A DNA stretch of 64,000 bases from assembly GCA_963720565.1 (NCBI GenBank), contig CAVRFW010000009.1, forward strand, positions 441,322 through 505,321, read 5' to 3'. Below, one piece after another: positions 53,468 through 63,937 of the stretch; the stretch's first letter is position 1, and every line of letters starts with the position of its first letter. The notes below the pieces were generated by a model, which worked only from the letters and a program-made list of their open reading frames with translations, did not search any database and was not told the DNA's origin. The translations under genes were made by a program, and so were the position numbers. This DNA comes from Candidatus Bathyarchaeota archaeon. Lineage in GTDB: Archaea; Thermoproteota; Bathyarchaeia; Bathyarchaeales; Bathycorpusculaceae.

Positions 53468-54261
53468 ATATGCACCATCGCAAAGTGCTTTCTGTTCCTC
53501 AACATCAACGATTTCAGTTAAAAAGCTTAGCCTTGGAAGTTACCCGAGTACTCGGCACACTTTTCTTTTATGCTTTTTTTTGGGAGCTGTCATTGTTAAT
53601 CCGGATGCCGTAAGCGGAGACTTCTTGTTTGCCGTGCGATGATAATTCTTGTTGCAGAAAGCGCTTCCATGTCTACCTAAAACTCAGCTTACGCTTCTTG
53701 ACCTAAGCACAATGTTTGTTACTGTGGACTCCCAGTCACAAAATTATAAATCACGAAAAATAAGTACTAATACTGTGGATAAATCCACAATTTGGCGGAT
53801 CAGCGTTAAACAAGACGTGAATGAATTTAACCCCATTTCCTTCTCGAATGTTCGCGTCCTGATAACGTGTGGAGATCCGCCAAAGCCCAGGTCCGAGTTA
53901 ATACACTATCACCGCAAACGTTGATGCGTAGAGCTGCGTTATGTTCCTGTGGCCACAGACATCCTTTTCAGAACGCTGCTTGTACGTGGTTGACTAAAGT
54001 AACGGCAAACACTACTTTCCTGTGACTTGAATGGTTTAGGAGGGAAAACAATCAGCTGAGAATGGCCATGGCTTCGCCGCAGAAATTAAAGTGTTCAGAG
54101 TTTTCAATAAATCCGGATGAATAAAACACACGCACAGACATTAGAAAATTCTGCTATTATCTTCACGTTCTCAGTTCAATGCTCTATGGAAAAAACCCCT
54201 CCGAGAAAAAACCGGAATACTTGGGACGTGTGAGAATACTTATTAAGAAAAGACACGCCCA

Positions 54262-54268
54262 TTTAAAG
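54262..54268 (+). promoter_or_regulatory. TATA box candidate for tRNA-Gln
   Basis: TTTAAAG starting 24 nt upstream of the tRNA 5' end. Confidence 0.5.
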
Positions 54269-54285
54269 CCAATTGCTTACTTCGA

Positions 54286-54358
54286 AGCCCGGTGGTGTAG
54301 CGGTCAAGCATAGCGGGCTTTGGACCCGCCGACGAGAGTTCGAATCTCTCCCGGGCTA
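54286..54358 (+). tRNA. tRNA-Gln(TTG), no intron, CCA not encoded
   Basis: AGCCCGG/CCGGGCT acceptor (A1-U72), GCGGG-CTTTGGA-CCCGC anticodon arm, GAGAG-TTCGAAT-CTCTC T arm. Confidence 0.95.
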
Positions 54359-54375
54359 TCGGCGCTTAAATAAAT

Positions 54376-54427
54376 AAAAAAGGGAGTTTGCGGGTGACAG
54401 TCTCCACCTGACTGGGGGTTCAATTCC
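54376..54427 (+). repeat. att-like direct repeat, copy A
   Basis: AAAAAAGGGAGTTTGCGGGTGACAGTCTCCACCTGACTGGGGGTTCAATTCC; 44/53 aligned columns identical to copy B by hand count. Confidence 0.75.
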
Positions 54428-54562
54428 ACCGTGTAACAATTGGTATTTGGGTTCGTCCTGCACCCTACCGTAATAGCGCGCGTTGTGCCTATTGTGGCTA
54501 GACAAAAGTCTTTTCAGCTTTCGCCGTCATAATTACGAGGTTGCAGAAGCACAAGACCGTTC

Positions 54563-57500
54563 TTGCGCGGGAGCACAAGCGCTGCGGTGACAAGTTTGAA
54601 AACAGGAGTTCTAGCTGAGCCAGTTCTTGTTGGAAGAGAGCGCGAGCTTAAAGAGTTAGAGTCGTTCCTGGAATCAGCAGCTGACGGAAAAGGAAAAACC
54701 GTTTTCGTCTCAGGCGAGGCAGGCAGCGGAAAAACGAGGCTCACACGCGAATTTCTGAACGCTGCCAAGAAACGAGGGATCAGCGTCATGGCTGGCTGGT
54801 GCCTCAGTGACGCCGCAGTCCCTTACTTCCCATTCATTGAAGCGTTTAATGCATACTTTGCTTCCTTCGAAGAAGAGGACCAGGTGAGCCTCCGGGAGCC
54901 TGGAGCCAAGATTGGAGGACCCGCGCAAATCGGAATCGAAGGGCGAGAAATAGCCACTTGGCTGGCTGGACCTGAACCGTTGGAGAAAATGGGAAAGCCG
55001 GAGCCTCTTTCACCTCAGGTGTGGAAAGATCAGGCGTTTGACCGGGTTGCCAAAACACTCCTTACCATTTCAATTCATGGACCTCTCGTTCTCTTCCTAG
55101 AAGACGTTCAGTGGGCAGACTCAGCCTCCCTTGCGCTTCTGCATTATATTTCGCGTGTCGTTAACAATTCTGAAAGGATCCTTGTCTTAGCCACTTTTAG
55201 AAGCGAAGAAGTCACCGCTGACGCTGAGGGTCATCCGCATTCGCTTGAAGAGGAAATGCGGCTGATGAGTCGTGAAGACCTTTTTTCAGAGATTAAGCTG
55301 TCGAATCTTAATCAAGGGGACATTTCTGTGATTGCCCGAAATATGATGGGCGGAACGGTTCAGCAAGAATTGGTTGAGAAGCTGGCGAAGGAGGGTAATG
55401 GTAACGCGCTGTTCTTGGTTGAGTCTTTGAGGATGCTGGTTGAGCGGAAGGGGCTTGTTCAGGAGAATAACGAGTGGCGTTTGGCTGTTGATGATTTTGG
55501 AATTCCGTCCAAGATCAGGGATATTATCTTGCGTAGGTTGGCTGTTCTTAAGTACGCGCAGAGAAGGGTTCTTGATGCTGCGTCGGTAATAGGCGAAGAA
55601 TTTAGCGTTGATTTGCTTGCCTCAGTTCTCGGACTGGACAGTTTAGATGTGCTTGAGACTTTGAATTTTATCGCGCAGTCTACCTCCATTGTGAGCGTTG
55701 AGGAAGCTTTTTACAAGTTTGACCATGCAAGGTCAAGGGAAGTCTTGTATGAGGCGCTTTCTTTGCCGCTTAAGCGAGGTTATCACGCTAAAGTTGCTGA
55801 ACGATTGGAAATCACGAACAAAGGTGGGAAGCTGCCTGTTGCGGATTTAGCCTATCATTTTTCGCAGGCTGATAACAAGGACAAAGCGGTAACGTATTCT
55901 CTGGCTGCAGGTCAAGAGGCATTATCGAGATGGAGCAACACAGAAGCTGCTAAACACTTTACTTACGTACTCCAAACGGTCGGAGATAACCCTGAACGGT
56001 TCGCCGAAAAGACAGTTGCCTTGGAGGGCTTGGGTGACGCATTTTACGCCAACAATAGCTTCAACGAGGCAGCAAAAACGTTCGAGCAACTTGCCGATAT
56101 CCAAAAAGGCGCTGCGAAGTTGCGGGCACTAAGGAAAGCAATGTTTGCTGCCTATTATCAAGGCGATTTCCATAGATTGGAAGAGCTCACAGATAAGGCT
56201 GAAAAGAATGCAACGGCTGACCGATTGGAAAGTGCAAGAGTTCTCCATCAAAAGGCTAGAGTCCTCGGAGTTCAGGGGCAAGCCTCGGGCTTCGCTGCAA
56301 CTTAATGAAGAAGCGCTGAAAGTTTTCGAAGAAGAATACGCTCTTTCGGACGCTGCTTGGAGCCTTTTCGTAGTGGGCTTCGCAGGAACTTCGGCAGGTC
56401 AGTGGGAAAAAGGCATTGCATCCGCTTTAAGATCAGTAGCTGCTCTACGATGAGCTTGGAGATTTTCGCTCCCAAATGGAAGCTTACTACTATGTGGGTA
56501 TGTGTTTCGGTATGCTGCAGACTTGATCAGGAGGCACGCGACAACTTCATGAAAGTTATTGAAATTGATGATCGGTTAAAAATGGCTGATTATATTCAGT
56601 TAATTCCTGCGTATGCATTTTGGGGACTAAACCTTCAAGATAACCAGGAGATTTTGAAGGCGCCATTTCTAAGAACTTTGAAAGCTCTCGAATACGCTGA
56701 GAAGACGAGTTCGAACCTGTATCACGGTTCTATCTACGAAAATCTTGTCAGGGAATACACTCTCATCTGGAGACATGGCTCGTGCGGAGCATTACTTTGA
56801 AAAACTCATGAGCTTGCCTCAAGATGTTTTGTCAAATGGTTTGCTCAGGTCCTCTTGGGTATCACAAAAGCTATATCACTATGCTGGAAAGAACCAGTTT
56901 GACGAATCAGACCGATATTTCAACGATTTCTTTGAGTTTGTCAAAGTAGCTCCGACATGTCTTTCAATGGAAAATTGGACATAGACGATCTTACGCTTGG
57001 TGTTTGAGCAGGCAGGGCAGATTTGAAGAAGCGAAGGCTCAGCTTGAACAAGCACAGCAACTCGTCGACTCTGAACACAAGAAGTTTAGCCATGTTAACG
57101 TTGTGGCAAGCTTAATGACTCTTACTAGACCAACAATTGGTCAGACGTTTAACCTGCGGCTTGACTTAGTTAACGTTTCTCGAAGCCATGGTTCAATAGT
57201 CAGGGTTGAAGACCTATTGATTCCTGAGCTTAAAATTGTCGATTTTCCAGCGGAATGCATCATGAGGGACGGTTTTGTTGAGTTTAAAGAGAACAAGATT
57301 AAGCCTTTCGAGGTCAAAACGATCAAGCTAACTTTGCAAGCGACAAAACCAGGCGTTTTCTACTTGAATCCTGATGTAATTTATGTCGATGAGTTGGGAG
57401 AAACAAAAACGAGCAAGCCCCGCCCATTTACCATAACCGTCCAGCCAGCACGACCAAAATATGAGACGCTGCCCGGACGAGTTCCCACAGGCTCTGAAGA

Positions 57501-58149
57501 ACTCGATGCGCTACTCTTCGGCGGCATACCTGAACACTACGCGGTAGCGCTGACATCGCCTTCAATTGATGAAAGAGAACTGCTGATCAAAAGGTTCCTT
57601 GAAGCAGGAACCAACCAGAACGAAATAACGGTCTACGTCACAGTTGACGCTGGAAGCACGAAGGCTCTGATTGAAGAGTACCCGTCCAACTTTTACCTCT
57701 TGATCTGCAACCCCCAAGCCGACGCCATCATCCAAAACATGCCCAACGTCTACAAACTTAAAGGCATAGAAAGCCTGACTGAAATTGACATCGCGTTGAC
57801 CAAGATGTTCCGTACACTTAGCCCCCAAGCCAGTGGTCCGAGGAGAATCTGCATCGACATCATTTCAGACGCACTGCTCCAGCATCACGCCGTAAACACG
57901 AGAAGATGGCTAAGCGCGCTTTTGCCTACCCTTAAATCGAAAGGCTTCACAGTCCTCGCGGTTGTCAATCCGCAAATGCACCCGTCGGAAGAAAGCCAAG
58001 CGATAAGAAGCCTGTTCGACGGAGAAATCGAAATCACCCAAAAAGAAACCGCGAAAGGTCCTGCAAAAATTCTGACAGTGAGAAAACTCGTTAATCAAAG
58101 ATATCTCGAGGATGAACTGACTCTAACCAAAGAAAAACTGTCGTCATAG
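54563..58149 (+). CDS. Large STAND-like AAA ATPase + TPR repeats + Ig-like domain + degenerate KaiC/RAD55-like domain; several frameshifts
   Basis: LVGREREL, GEAGSGKT, LFLEDVQWADSASL, GNALFL, TPR-like helices, RVPTGSEELDALLFGGIP with broken Walker A. Confidence 0.8.
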
Positions 58150-58174
58150 CAAACGAGATCAGTAGGCGCGTCAG

Positions 58175-59374
58175 CTAAGTTTTATACGGGTCCGTTACAG
58201 TGAAGTAATTGAGGACAACTGAGGCAACTCCGAAAACCCCAAGGATGGGAACTAAGACTAGAAAACCGAAGTTGTCAAGCACTGGACCGCTCAGAGCAAT
58301 TCCGAGAGCTGCGCCTAAAGATCCAAACACAGACAGCAGCGACATCATGGTTCCGCGAGCTTTCGGTGCTTGTTCAAGACCCAAACTATACCCTGCAGTG
58401 CCTCCCATCCCGCGGAGGAAAGTGCTTAGCATGTCAAGAGGCCAAACAATCCACAAAAAGGGCATATAAACAAATATTGCCATTAGAACACTTGCGGAAC
58501 CGAGAGAAAGTATTAGCAACCGTTTTCGTCCAAATCGGTTCACGAGTCGACCGCCAGCTATGCTGCCCAAGGCTATGGCCAAAGTGTTCCCTAGAAGGAT
58601 TATGCTGGCATACTCTAGGGGCACAGAGAAACGTGTTCTGTAAAAAGTTATCGCATAAATTCCCCACATGAATGAAACATAATAGAGCGCGGTACATGCT
58701 AAACAGGCGGCAGCGGACTTGTTAAGCAAAACTTGCTTGAGGCTGCTTAGATAAGCCTCTTTGCCGATTGCCGCTTGTTGTTCCCTTGGGGTAGATGGAA
58801 TACTGAAATACGCTAAGATTAGGCCCACAACTGAAACTGGCAAGAAATACCACAATAGAACAGAACGCCAGCTTCCTACACCAGCAATGAAGCCGCCTAA
58901 GGGGCCGCCTATGACATAAGTCAGAGATGCAGCTGCCACAATCCAGCCTATTGCTTTCGACCTTTTTTCCAAAGGCAGAAATTTTCCGACTAGCGCATAG
59001 CCCATGGACGTAGCGATCACGGATCCTACACCGTCTAAGGGATAGAAGATCTGCATGAACATGAAACTAGGAGCCAAGGAGCAGCCCAGCACGCCCACAG
59101 TTATTATTGCCGCTCCTGCCAGTAGCAGCAGTTTGTGACTGAACCTAACGCTCAGAACACTTACCACCAATCCAACAAGCATGGAAGCGACTGCAGAAAT
59201 CGTTGCGATTTGACTCGCCGCGCCCACGGTGACTCCGAAGGTTAATGCGATATCCAATAGAAAAAACGATGAAAACAGGTTCAGGTTCTGCTCTGCATAC
59301 GTCGTCAACGCCAGCGAGGGAACAAAGAGCCTTCCTGGCGACTCCTCTTCAACTGCGGGTACCCCCTCACTCAT
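58175..59374 (-). CDS. MFS transporter
   Basis: About 12 TM helices; GRLVNRFGRKRLL motif. Confidence 0.88.
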   Translation of the reverse strand: MSEGVPAVEEESPGRLFVPSLALTTYAEQNLNLFSSFFLLDIALTFGVTVGAASQIATISAVASMLVGLVVSVLSVRFSHKLLLLAGAAIITVGVLGCSLAPSFMFMQIFYPLDGVGSVIATSMGYALVGKFLPLEKRSKAIGWIVAAASLTYVIGGPLGGFIAGVGSWRSVLLWYFLPVSVVGLILAYFSIPSTPREQQAAIGKEAYLSSLKQVLLNKSAAACLACTALYYVSFMWGIYAITFYRTRFSVPLEYASIILLGNTLAIALGSIAGGRLVNRFGRKRLLILSLGSASVLMAIFVYMPFLWIVWPLDMLSTFLRGMGGTAGYSLGLEQAPKARGTMMSLLSVFGSLGAALGIALSGPVLDNFGFLVLVPILGVFGVASVVLNYFTVTDPYKT

Positions 59375-59481
59375 ATTAAAGCAGTTTGCCTCCTGTCTCG
59401 CCATTTAAGACTTTCGGAACAGACAAAAACGGGAATGAACGCATGCAGGAATGTGTGAACAATCCTTGAATCTAAGAAGAG

Positions 59482-59547
59482 AAAAAAGGGGGTTGTGCGG
59501 GTGACATCTCCACTTGGGGCGGGGTTCAAATCCCAGCGGCCCCACCA
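59482..59547 (+). repeat. att-like direct repeat, copy B, running into a tRNA 3' fragment (GGGTTCAAATCCCAGCGGCCCCACCA)
   Basis: T-loop, acceptor 3' strand and ACCA are present with no matching tRNA 5' half. Confidence 0.8.
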
Positions 59548-59577
59548 CGATAACAGCGGCCCTATCGTTGGGCTGCA

Positions 59578-59757
59578 TTACTTTCGTCTCCTGAAGATTT
59601 TGACATCGCCGAACTCGCAGACGTATTCGAAGCCTGCCTCAATTAGTTTTTGAGCGTCCTGAACGGTCTTGGCGGTTGCTGAATGGTAGTCGTCGTTCTC
59701 TAAGCTTATGAGCTGAGTGTAGAGGAGCGTGTTCTGGATGTTTCTGTGGCCGAGCAT
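59578..59757 (-). pseudogene. C-terminal remnant (59 aa) of a tyrosine recombinase/integrase
   Basis: MLGHRNIQNTLLYTQLISLENDDYHSATAKTVQDAQKLIEAGFEYVCEFGDVKIFRRRK; LGH..Y catalytic box; in-frame stop four codons upstream. Confidence 0.85.
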
Positions 59758-60097
59758 TGGAGAGAATTACCTCTCTTTGTTCGCTGCTAACCGGATAAGG
59801 CTGACTTAGGATTCTATCAGTTGGGGAGGGTGATGTCATTCAGGTCGAAACAATATGGTTGTTCAATCTTGATGAATTTTTGGGGATCTTAAAACCTAAC
59901 CGGGGTTCAATTTAGAATGAGAACTCTACCCCTGGCAACTATTATCTGTTGATGTTTTCGTGAAAGCCTAATTCTTCTTCCAAAACAAGTAGACCTTTGT
60001 CTGTAGAAGCATTTCAGCGAGCTTGACAAGCTTCGCCGAAACATTTTTAAGTAAATCTTTACTATGTTCTGGTAAATATTAGCGAGGGAAATGCTGT

Positions 60098-60200
60098 ATG
60101 GGGCTACTCTCAAGTCACGAATCGATTGTCTGGCAGGAATTTCAAAAGGGCAAAAACACAAGCTCAATAGCAGAAGAACACACAGCAGAATCATGGAGCC
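60098..60200 (+). CDS. Start of a low-GC ORF cut by the compositional junction
   Basis: MGLLSSHESIVWQEFQKGKNTSSIAEEHTAESWSP then runs into the antisense of mrpF. Confidence 0.5.
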
Positions 60201-60472
60201 CGGCGCGGCACGGGCGCTTCCAGCGTCGTGCCCTTCTTCACGAAGGCGATCGCCGCGAAGGCCGCGAGCAGTGCGAGCGTCAGCGCGAGGTCGATCGCGC
60301 TGCTGCTGTCGGCGGCGGCGCCGAACAGCAGCAGCGCGGCGATTCCGCCGGCGCCCAGCAGCTGCGCCGCCATGATGCGCTCCGTGTCGCCCGGACCGCG
60401 CAGCGCGCGCGCGAGGCCGCCGGCCACGGCCACCAGCACGATCACCGCGCAGACGAGCAGGAACTCACTCAT
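60191..60472 (-). CDS. mrpF: Mrp/Pha antiporter subunit F (bacterial)
   Basis: RALRGPGDTERIMAAQLLG..DLALTLALLAAF. Confidence 0.88.
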   Translation of the reverse strand: MSEFLLVCAVIVLVAVAGGLARALRGPGDTERIMAAQLLGAGGIAALLLFGAAADSSSAIDLALTLALLAAFAAIAFVKKGTTLEAPVPRRAP

Positions 60473-60950
60473 CGTGCGAAGGCGCGACCCGGATCGCACG
60501 GGCCAGCCGCGCTTCCTCGGCAGCCAGTTGCTCGACGATGGGCTGGCTGATGTCGAGGCAGTGGTAGACGACGCCGCCGTCGCCGTCGCCGCATGGCACC
60601 GTCCCCGGCAGCAGCGAGGTGTAGGCCGTGAACAGGCTGCGCGCGCTGCCGGGTGGCAACTGCGGTCGATAGACGACCAGGCCGGGGTTGAGCGGCAGGC
60701 GTGGATCGAAGGCCCGGCGTGCCACGTCGACGCCGGCGACCAGCGACTGCCACAGGAAGCGCGGCGCCATCGCCAGGAGGCCGAGCGGCCGCAGTCCGAG
60801 TTGCCCGTCTGCCCGCAGCCGGATGCTGCACCACGCCGCCAGCGCGGCCGTCGCCGCCCCGAACGCCAGTTGCTTCGGCCCTCCCATCAGCAGCACCCAC
60901 AACAGCAGGAAGGCCAGGGTGCGCACGAGCAGGGGCGGCAACGGACGCAC
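60465..60950 (-). CDS. mrpE: Mrp/Pha antiporter subunit E (bacterial)
   Basis: AGVDVARRAFDPRLPLNPG..SLLPGT..HCLD. Confidence 0.9.
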   Translation of the reverse strand: MRPLPPLLVRTLAFLLLWVLLMGGPKQLAFGAATAALAAWCSIRLRADGQLGLRPLGLLAMAPRFLWQSLVAGVDVARRAFDPRLPLNPGLVVYRPQLPPGSARSLFTAYTSLLPGTVPCGDGDGGVVYHCLDISQPIVEQLAAEEARLARAIRVAPSHDE

Positions 60951-60956
60951 GGCGGT

Positions 60957-61866
60957 CTAGAACCGCCCGATGAGAGTCAGCCCGAACAGCGGGGTATTGC
61001 CGAGATCGTCCTCGCGCAGCAGGTTGCCGGACGCATCCTCGACGCGCAGGCGGCCGCCCGTGCCGACGCCGGCATATGCATGCAGCGCCATGCTCGGACT
61101 CATGTCGAAGGTGGCGCGCAGGAACACGGGCACCAGCCGTTCTTCGCCGATTCCGTTCGGCGTCGGGCCGTTCTCCGCGAGGCGGAACCGGTACTCCCGG
61201 ACCGCGAAGCCCAGGCCCAGGCTCCAGCCGCCGTCGAAGCGGTAGTCGAGTTCGAGGCCGGCGCCCCCGGTCGGCCCGGCTCGGCAGCGGGTTGATGAGG
61301 CGCCAGCGGTCGCCGAGGCGCCAGTCGACGATCAGGAACGGAACGAGCGAGGTGTCCTCGATCCGGTCGAACGCCGCGAGGCCGAGACCGAGGCGGTTGC
61401 CGCCCGGATACAGACGGACGGCGGAGAACGTCGCGCCCCACGTGAGCGCGTCGCTGGACCGGGCGCCGTTCTCCTTGAACCACTCCACCGACGGCGCCAC
61501 GCCCAGCACCCAGTCGTCGCCGAAGCGCGACGTCACCGGGAAAGCGGCGCCATAGCGCTGCACCGTGTCCCACGGCGAGATGCTGTTGAACGCGACCGGC
61601 GACGTGGTCCTGAAGTCGTAGTAGTCGTAGAGGAGGGTGACCCCCGCCCGCGTGCCGCCGCCGAAGTCCGTCGACGTGCCGAGCCGGGTGGCCAGGCCCG
61701 TCATGCGGGCCTCGCCGCCGCGGTCGAGGTCGGCGTTGCCCTGGTAGATCGGCGTGATGGACACGAAGGAGTCGAGGGGTCGCTCCTGCGCGAGCGCCGT
61801 CCCCGCTGTTGCCAGCAGCGCAAGGATCGCTGCGGCCATGCCTGAACGCAGTAGTCGTCGTGTCAT
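60957..61866 (-). CDS. Probable outer-membrane beta-barrel protein; frameshift near 61285
   Basis: Signal peptide ending ALA-Q, alternating beta-strand pattern, second frame ends LTLIGRF with terminal Phe. Confidence 0.72.
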
Positions 61867-61882
61867 CGATTTCTCCAGAGAG

Positions 61883-63325
61883 CTACTTGGTAGTGGGAGC
61901 GGAAACGTTCGCCAGCGGCTGCGGCGCGCGTTGCGCCGCGATGTCGACCCATCCGCCGCCCATCGCCCGGTACACGCTGACGAGCTGCGTGTTGTACTGG
62001 GCCGTGGTCTGCGCGAGAGTCAGTTGCGCCGAGAACAGTTCCGTGTCGGCGATCAGCACCTCGAGGTAGCTGGACACGCCCTGGTCGAACCGCAGTCGCG
62101 AGATCCGGGCGAACTGCATCAGCGCTTCAACGCGGCGCGCCTGCGCGGCCGCTTCCAGCCGCCGCTTCTCGGTGCCGGTCAACGCGTCGTTCGTCTCGCG
62201 CATCGCCTGCAGGATGGTCTGCTGGTAGGCCGCCAGCGCCGCGCGCTCGCCCGCCTCCGCGCCGGCGACCTGGCCCGCGATCGCGCCGCCCGTGAAGATC
62301 GGGCCGGTCACGCCGGCCGCGAGTTGCCAGGCCGTCGCCGGCCCCGAGAGCCAGTCGCCGAAGGCGGTGCTGATCGAGCCGATCAGGCCGGTCAGCGAGA
62401 TCGTCGGGAAGTACAGCGCCTTCGCGGCGCCGATGTTGGCATTGGCGGCGATCAGTTGCTGCTCGGCCTGCAGGATGTCCGGCCGGCGCAGCAGCAGCGA
62501 GGCGGGCAGGTCCGCCGGGATCGCCGGCGCCTTCAGCTCGGCCAGGCTGCGGCCGCGCACGATCGGCCCGGAGTTGCGCCCGATGAGCACCGACAGGAGG
62601 TTCTCCTGCGCGGCGATCTGCTGCTCGATCAGGGGGATGGCCGCCTGCGCCTGCTCGAATTGCGACTTGACCTGCGACAGTTCCGACATCGACACCGCGC
62701 CCGCGTTGTAGCGCAACTGGAAGATGCGCACCGACTCGGCGAAGTTGTCGGACGTCGAGCGGGCGATCTGGAGCTGCTGGTCGAACGACCGCAGCGTGAT
62801 GTAGGTCGTCGCGACGCTCGCCACGAGCGAGAGCGCCGCGCCGTTGCGGGCCTGCTCGCTGGCGTAGACCTGCGCCTGGGCCGCCTCGGAGAGGCGCTGC
62901 ACCCGGCCGAAGAGGTCGATCTGCCACGACGCCGCCAGCGCGCCCTGGTAGAGCGAGAAGTACGGATCGGCCCCGGGCGGCAACGGCGGCTGCGCGACGC
63001 GGCTCGCGCGGCTGCGCGACGCGTCCACGCCGTAGCCGACCTGCGGATAGAACTGCGCGCGCGTGGACTGCAGGACGCCGACGAACTGGTCGACGCGGGC
63101 CGCTGCGATGCGCACGTCGCGGTTGTCGCGCAACGCCGTGTCGATCAGTTCGTCGAGGACGGGGTCGCCGAACTGCTGCCACCACGCGGTGTTCGCGACG
63201 TCACCCGCGGTCGCGGCGCTCACGCGCCACGCCGTCGGGACCTCGACGTCGGGCTTCTTGTAGTCGGGACCCACTGCACAGCCGGCCAGCAGCACCGCCG
63301 CGCCGACGATCCAGGCTCGCTTCAT
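61883..63325 (-). CDS. Efflux outer-membrane lipoprotein (OprM/NodT family)
   Basis: Lipobox LAGC-AVGPDY, WWQQFGDP, WQIDLFG, RRPDI, YRAMGGGW. Confidence 0.93.
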   Translation of the reverse strand: MKRAWIVGAAVLLAGCAVGPDYKKPDVEVPTAWRVSAATAGDVANTAWWQQFGDPVLDELIDTALRDNRDVRIAAARVDQFVGVLQSTRAQFYPQVGYGVDASRSRASRVAQPPLPPGADPYFSLYQGALAASWQIDLFGRVQRLSEAAQAQVYASEQARNGAALSLVASVATTYITLRSFDQQLQIARSTSDNFAESVRIFQLRYNAGAVSMSELSQVKSQFEQAQAAIPLIEQQIAAQENLLSVLIGRNSGPIVRGRSLAELKAPAIPADLPASLLLRRPDILQAEQQLIAANANIGAAKALYFPTISLTGLIGSISTAFGDWLSGPATAWQLAAGVTGPIFTGGAIAGQVAGAEAGERAALAAYQQTILQAMRETNDALTGTEKRRLEAAAQARRVEALMQFARISRLRFDQGVSSYLEVLIADTELFSAQLTLAQTTAQYNTQLVSVYRAMGGGWVDIAAQRAPQPLANVSAPTTK

Positions 63326-63379
63326 CGCTCGAGGCTCCTTCCGTTGCTGCTCGTGCACATCTCTTCGCCACCCGTTCCG

Positions 63380-63937
63380 TCAGGGCTCGGACCGCAGCAG
63401 CACGGGCATCGCCGCCAGCCGTTCGTAGCGGCGCGCTTCGGCGCGGATCGGCCACCAGTCGTACAGGAAGATCTCCATGGGTCGCCAAAGCGCGACCCAT
63501 GCGCCGATGATCAGGCTCTCCTCCACCAGCTGCGCGTAGCGCTCGCTCATGAACGTCGTCGCGAGCCAGTCGCCGAACGCGAGGGCGAACGCCACGAACG
63601 CGAGGCCGATGGCGAGGCTGATGCGACCGGTGCGGAACAGGTCGCGCAACGTGCGCCGCACGGTAGCCGCGCGCCGCGCGTAGTACTGCTGCACGCTGAT
63701 GGCCACCTCGCCGGCGTCGAGGCCGTCCGGTCCGCCGCGCGCCACATGGACGATCAGTGCCGGCCGCGCCGAGGCCGGCAGTTCGCGCGCCGTCTCGGCG
63801 ATGAACTCGTCGGCGCGCGGGTCGAGGTCGCGCTCGCGGAAGGGCGCGGGATCCATCGAGTCGAACAGCTGGCGCGGCCCGTCGACGCGGATCGCGATCG
63901 GCGTGCAGCCCGCGGGCACGGCGAGGGCGGCATTCAC
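63380..63937 (-). CDS. Bacterial hypothetical membrane protein
   Basis: QLFDSMDPAPFRERDLD..ESLIIGAWVALWRPMEIFLYDWWP. Confidence 0.75.
   Translation of the reverse strand: MNAALAVPAGCTPIAIRVDGPRQLFDSMDPAPFRERDLDPRADEFIAETARELPASARPALIVHVARGGPDGLDAGEVAISVQQYYARRAATVRRTLRDLFRTGRISLAIGLAFVAFALAFGDWLATTFMSERYAQLVEESLIIGAWVALWRPMEIFLYDWWPIRAEARRYERLAAMPVLLRSEP

Noticed and set aside
53774..53789. TGTGGATAAATCCACA palindrome containing a DnaA-box match
   Set aside because: Single site in archaeal DNA with no box cluster, no ORB motifs and no cdc6 nearby; at most an unassigned operator
53649..53924. 91-aa ORF in the gap before tRNA-Gln
   Set aside because: No family features or ribosome-binding signal
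59482..59547. Complete or split tRNA gene
   Set aside because: No 5' acceptor or D arm and the T stem is incomplete; position beside an integrase fits an att scar better
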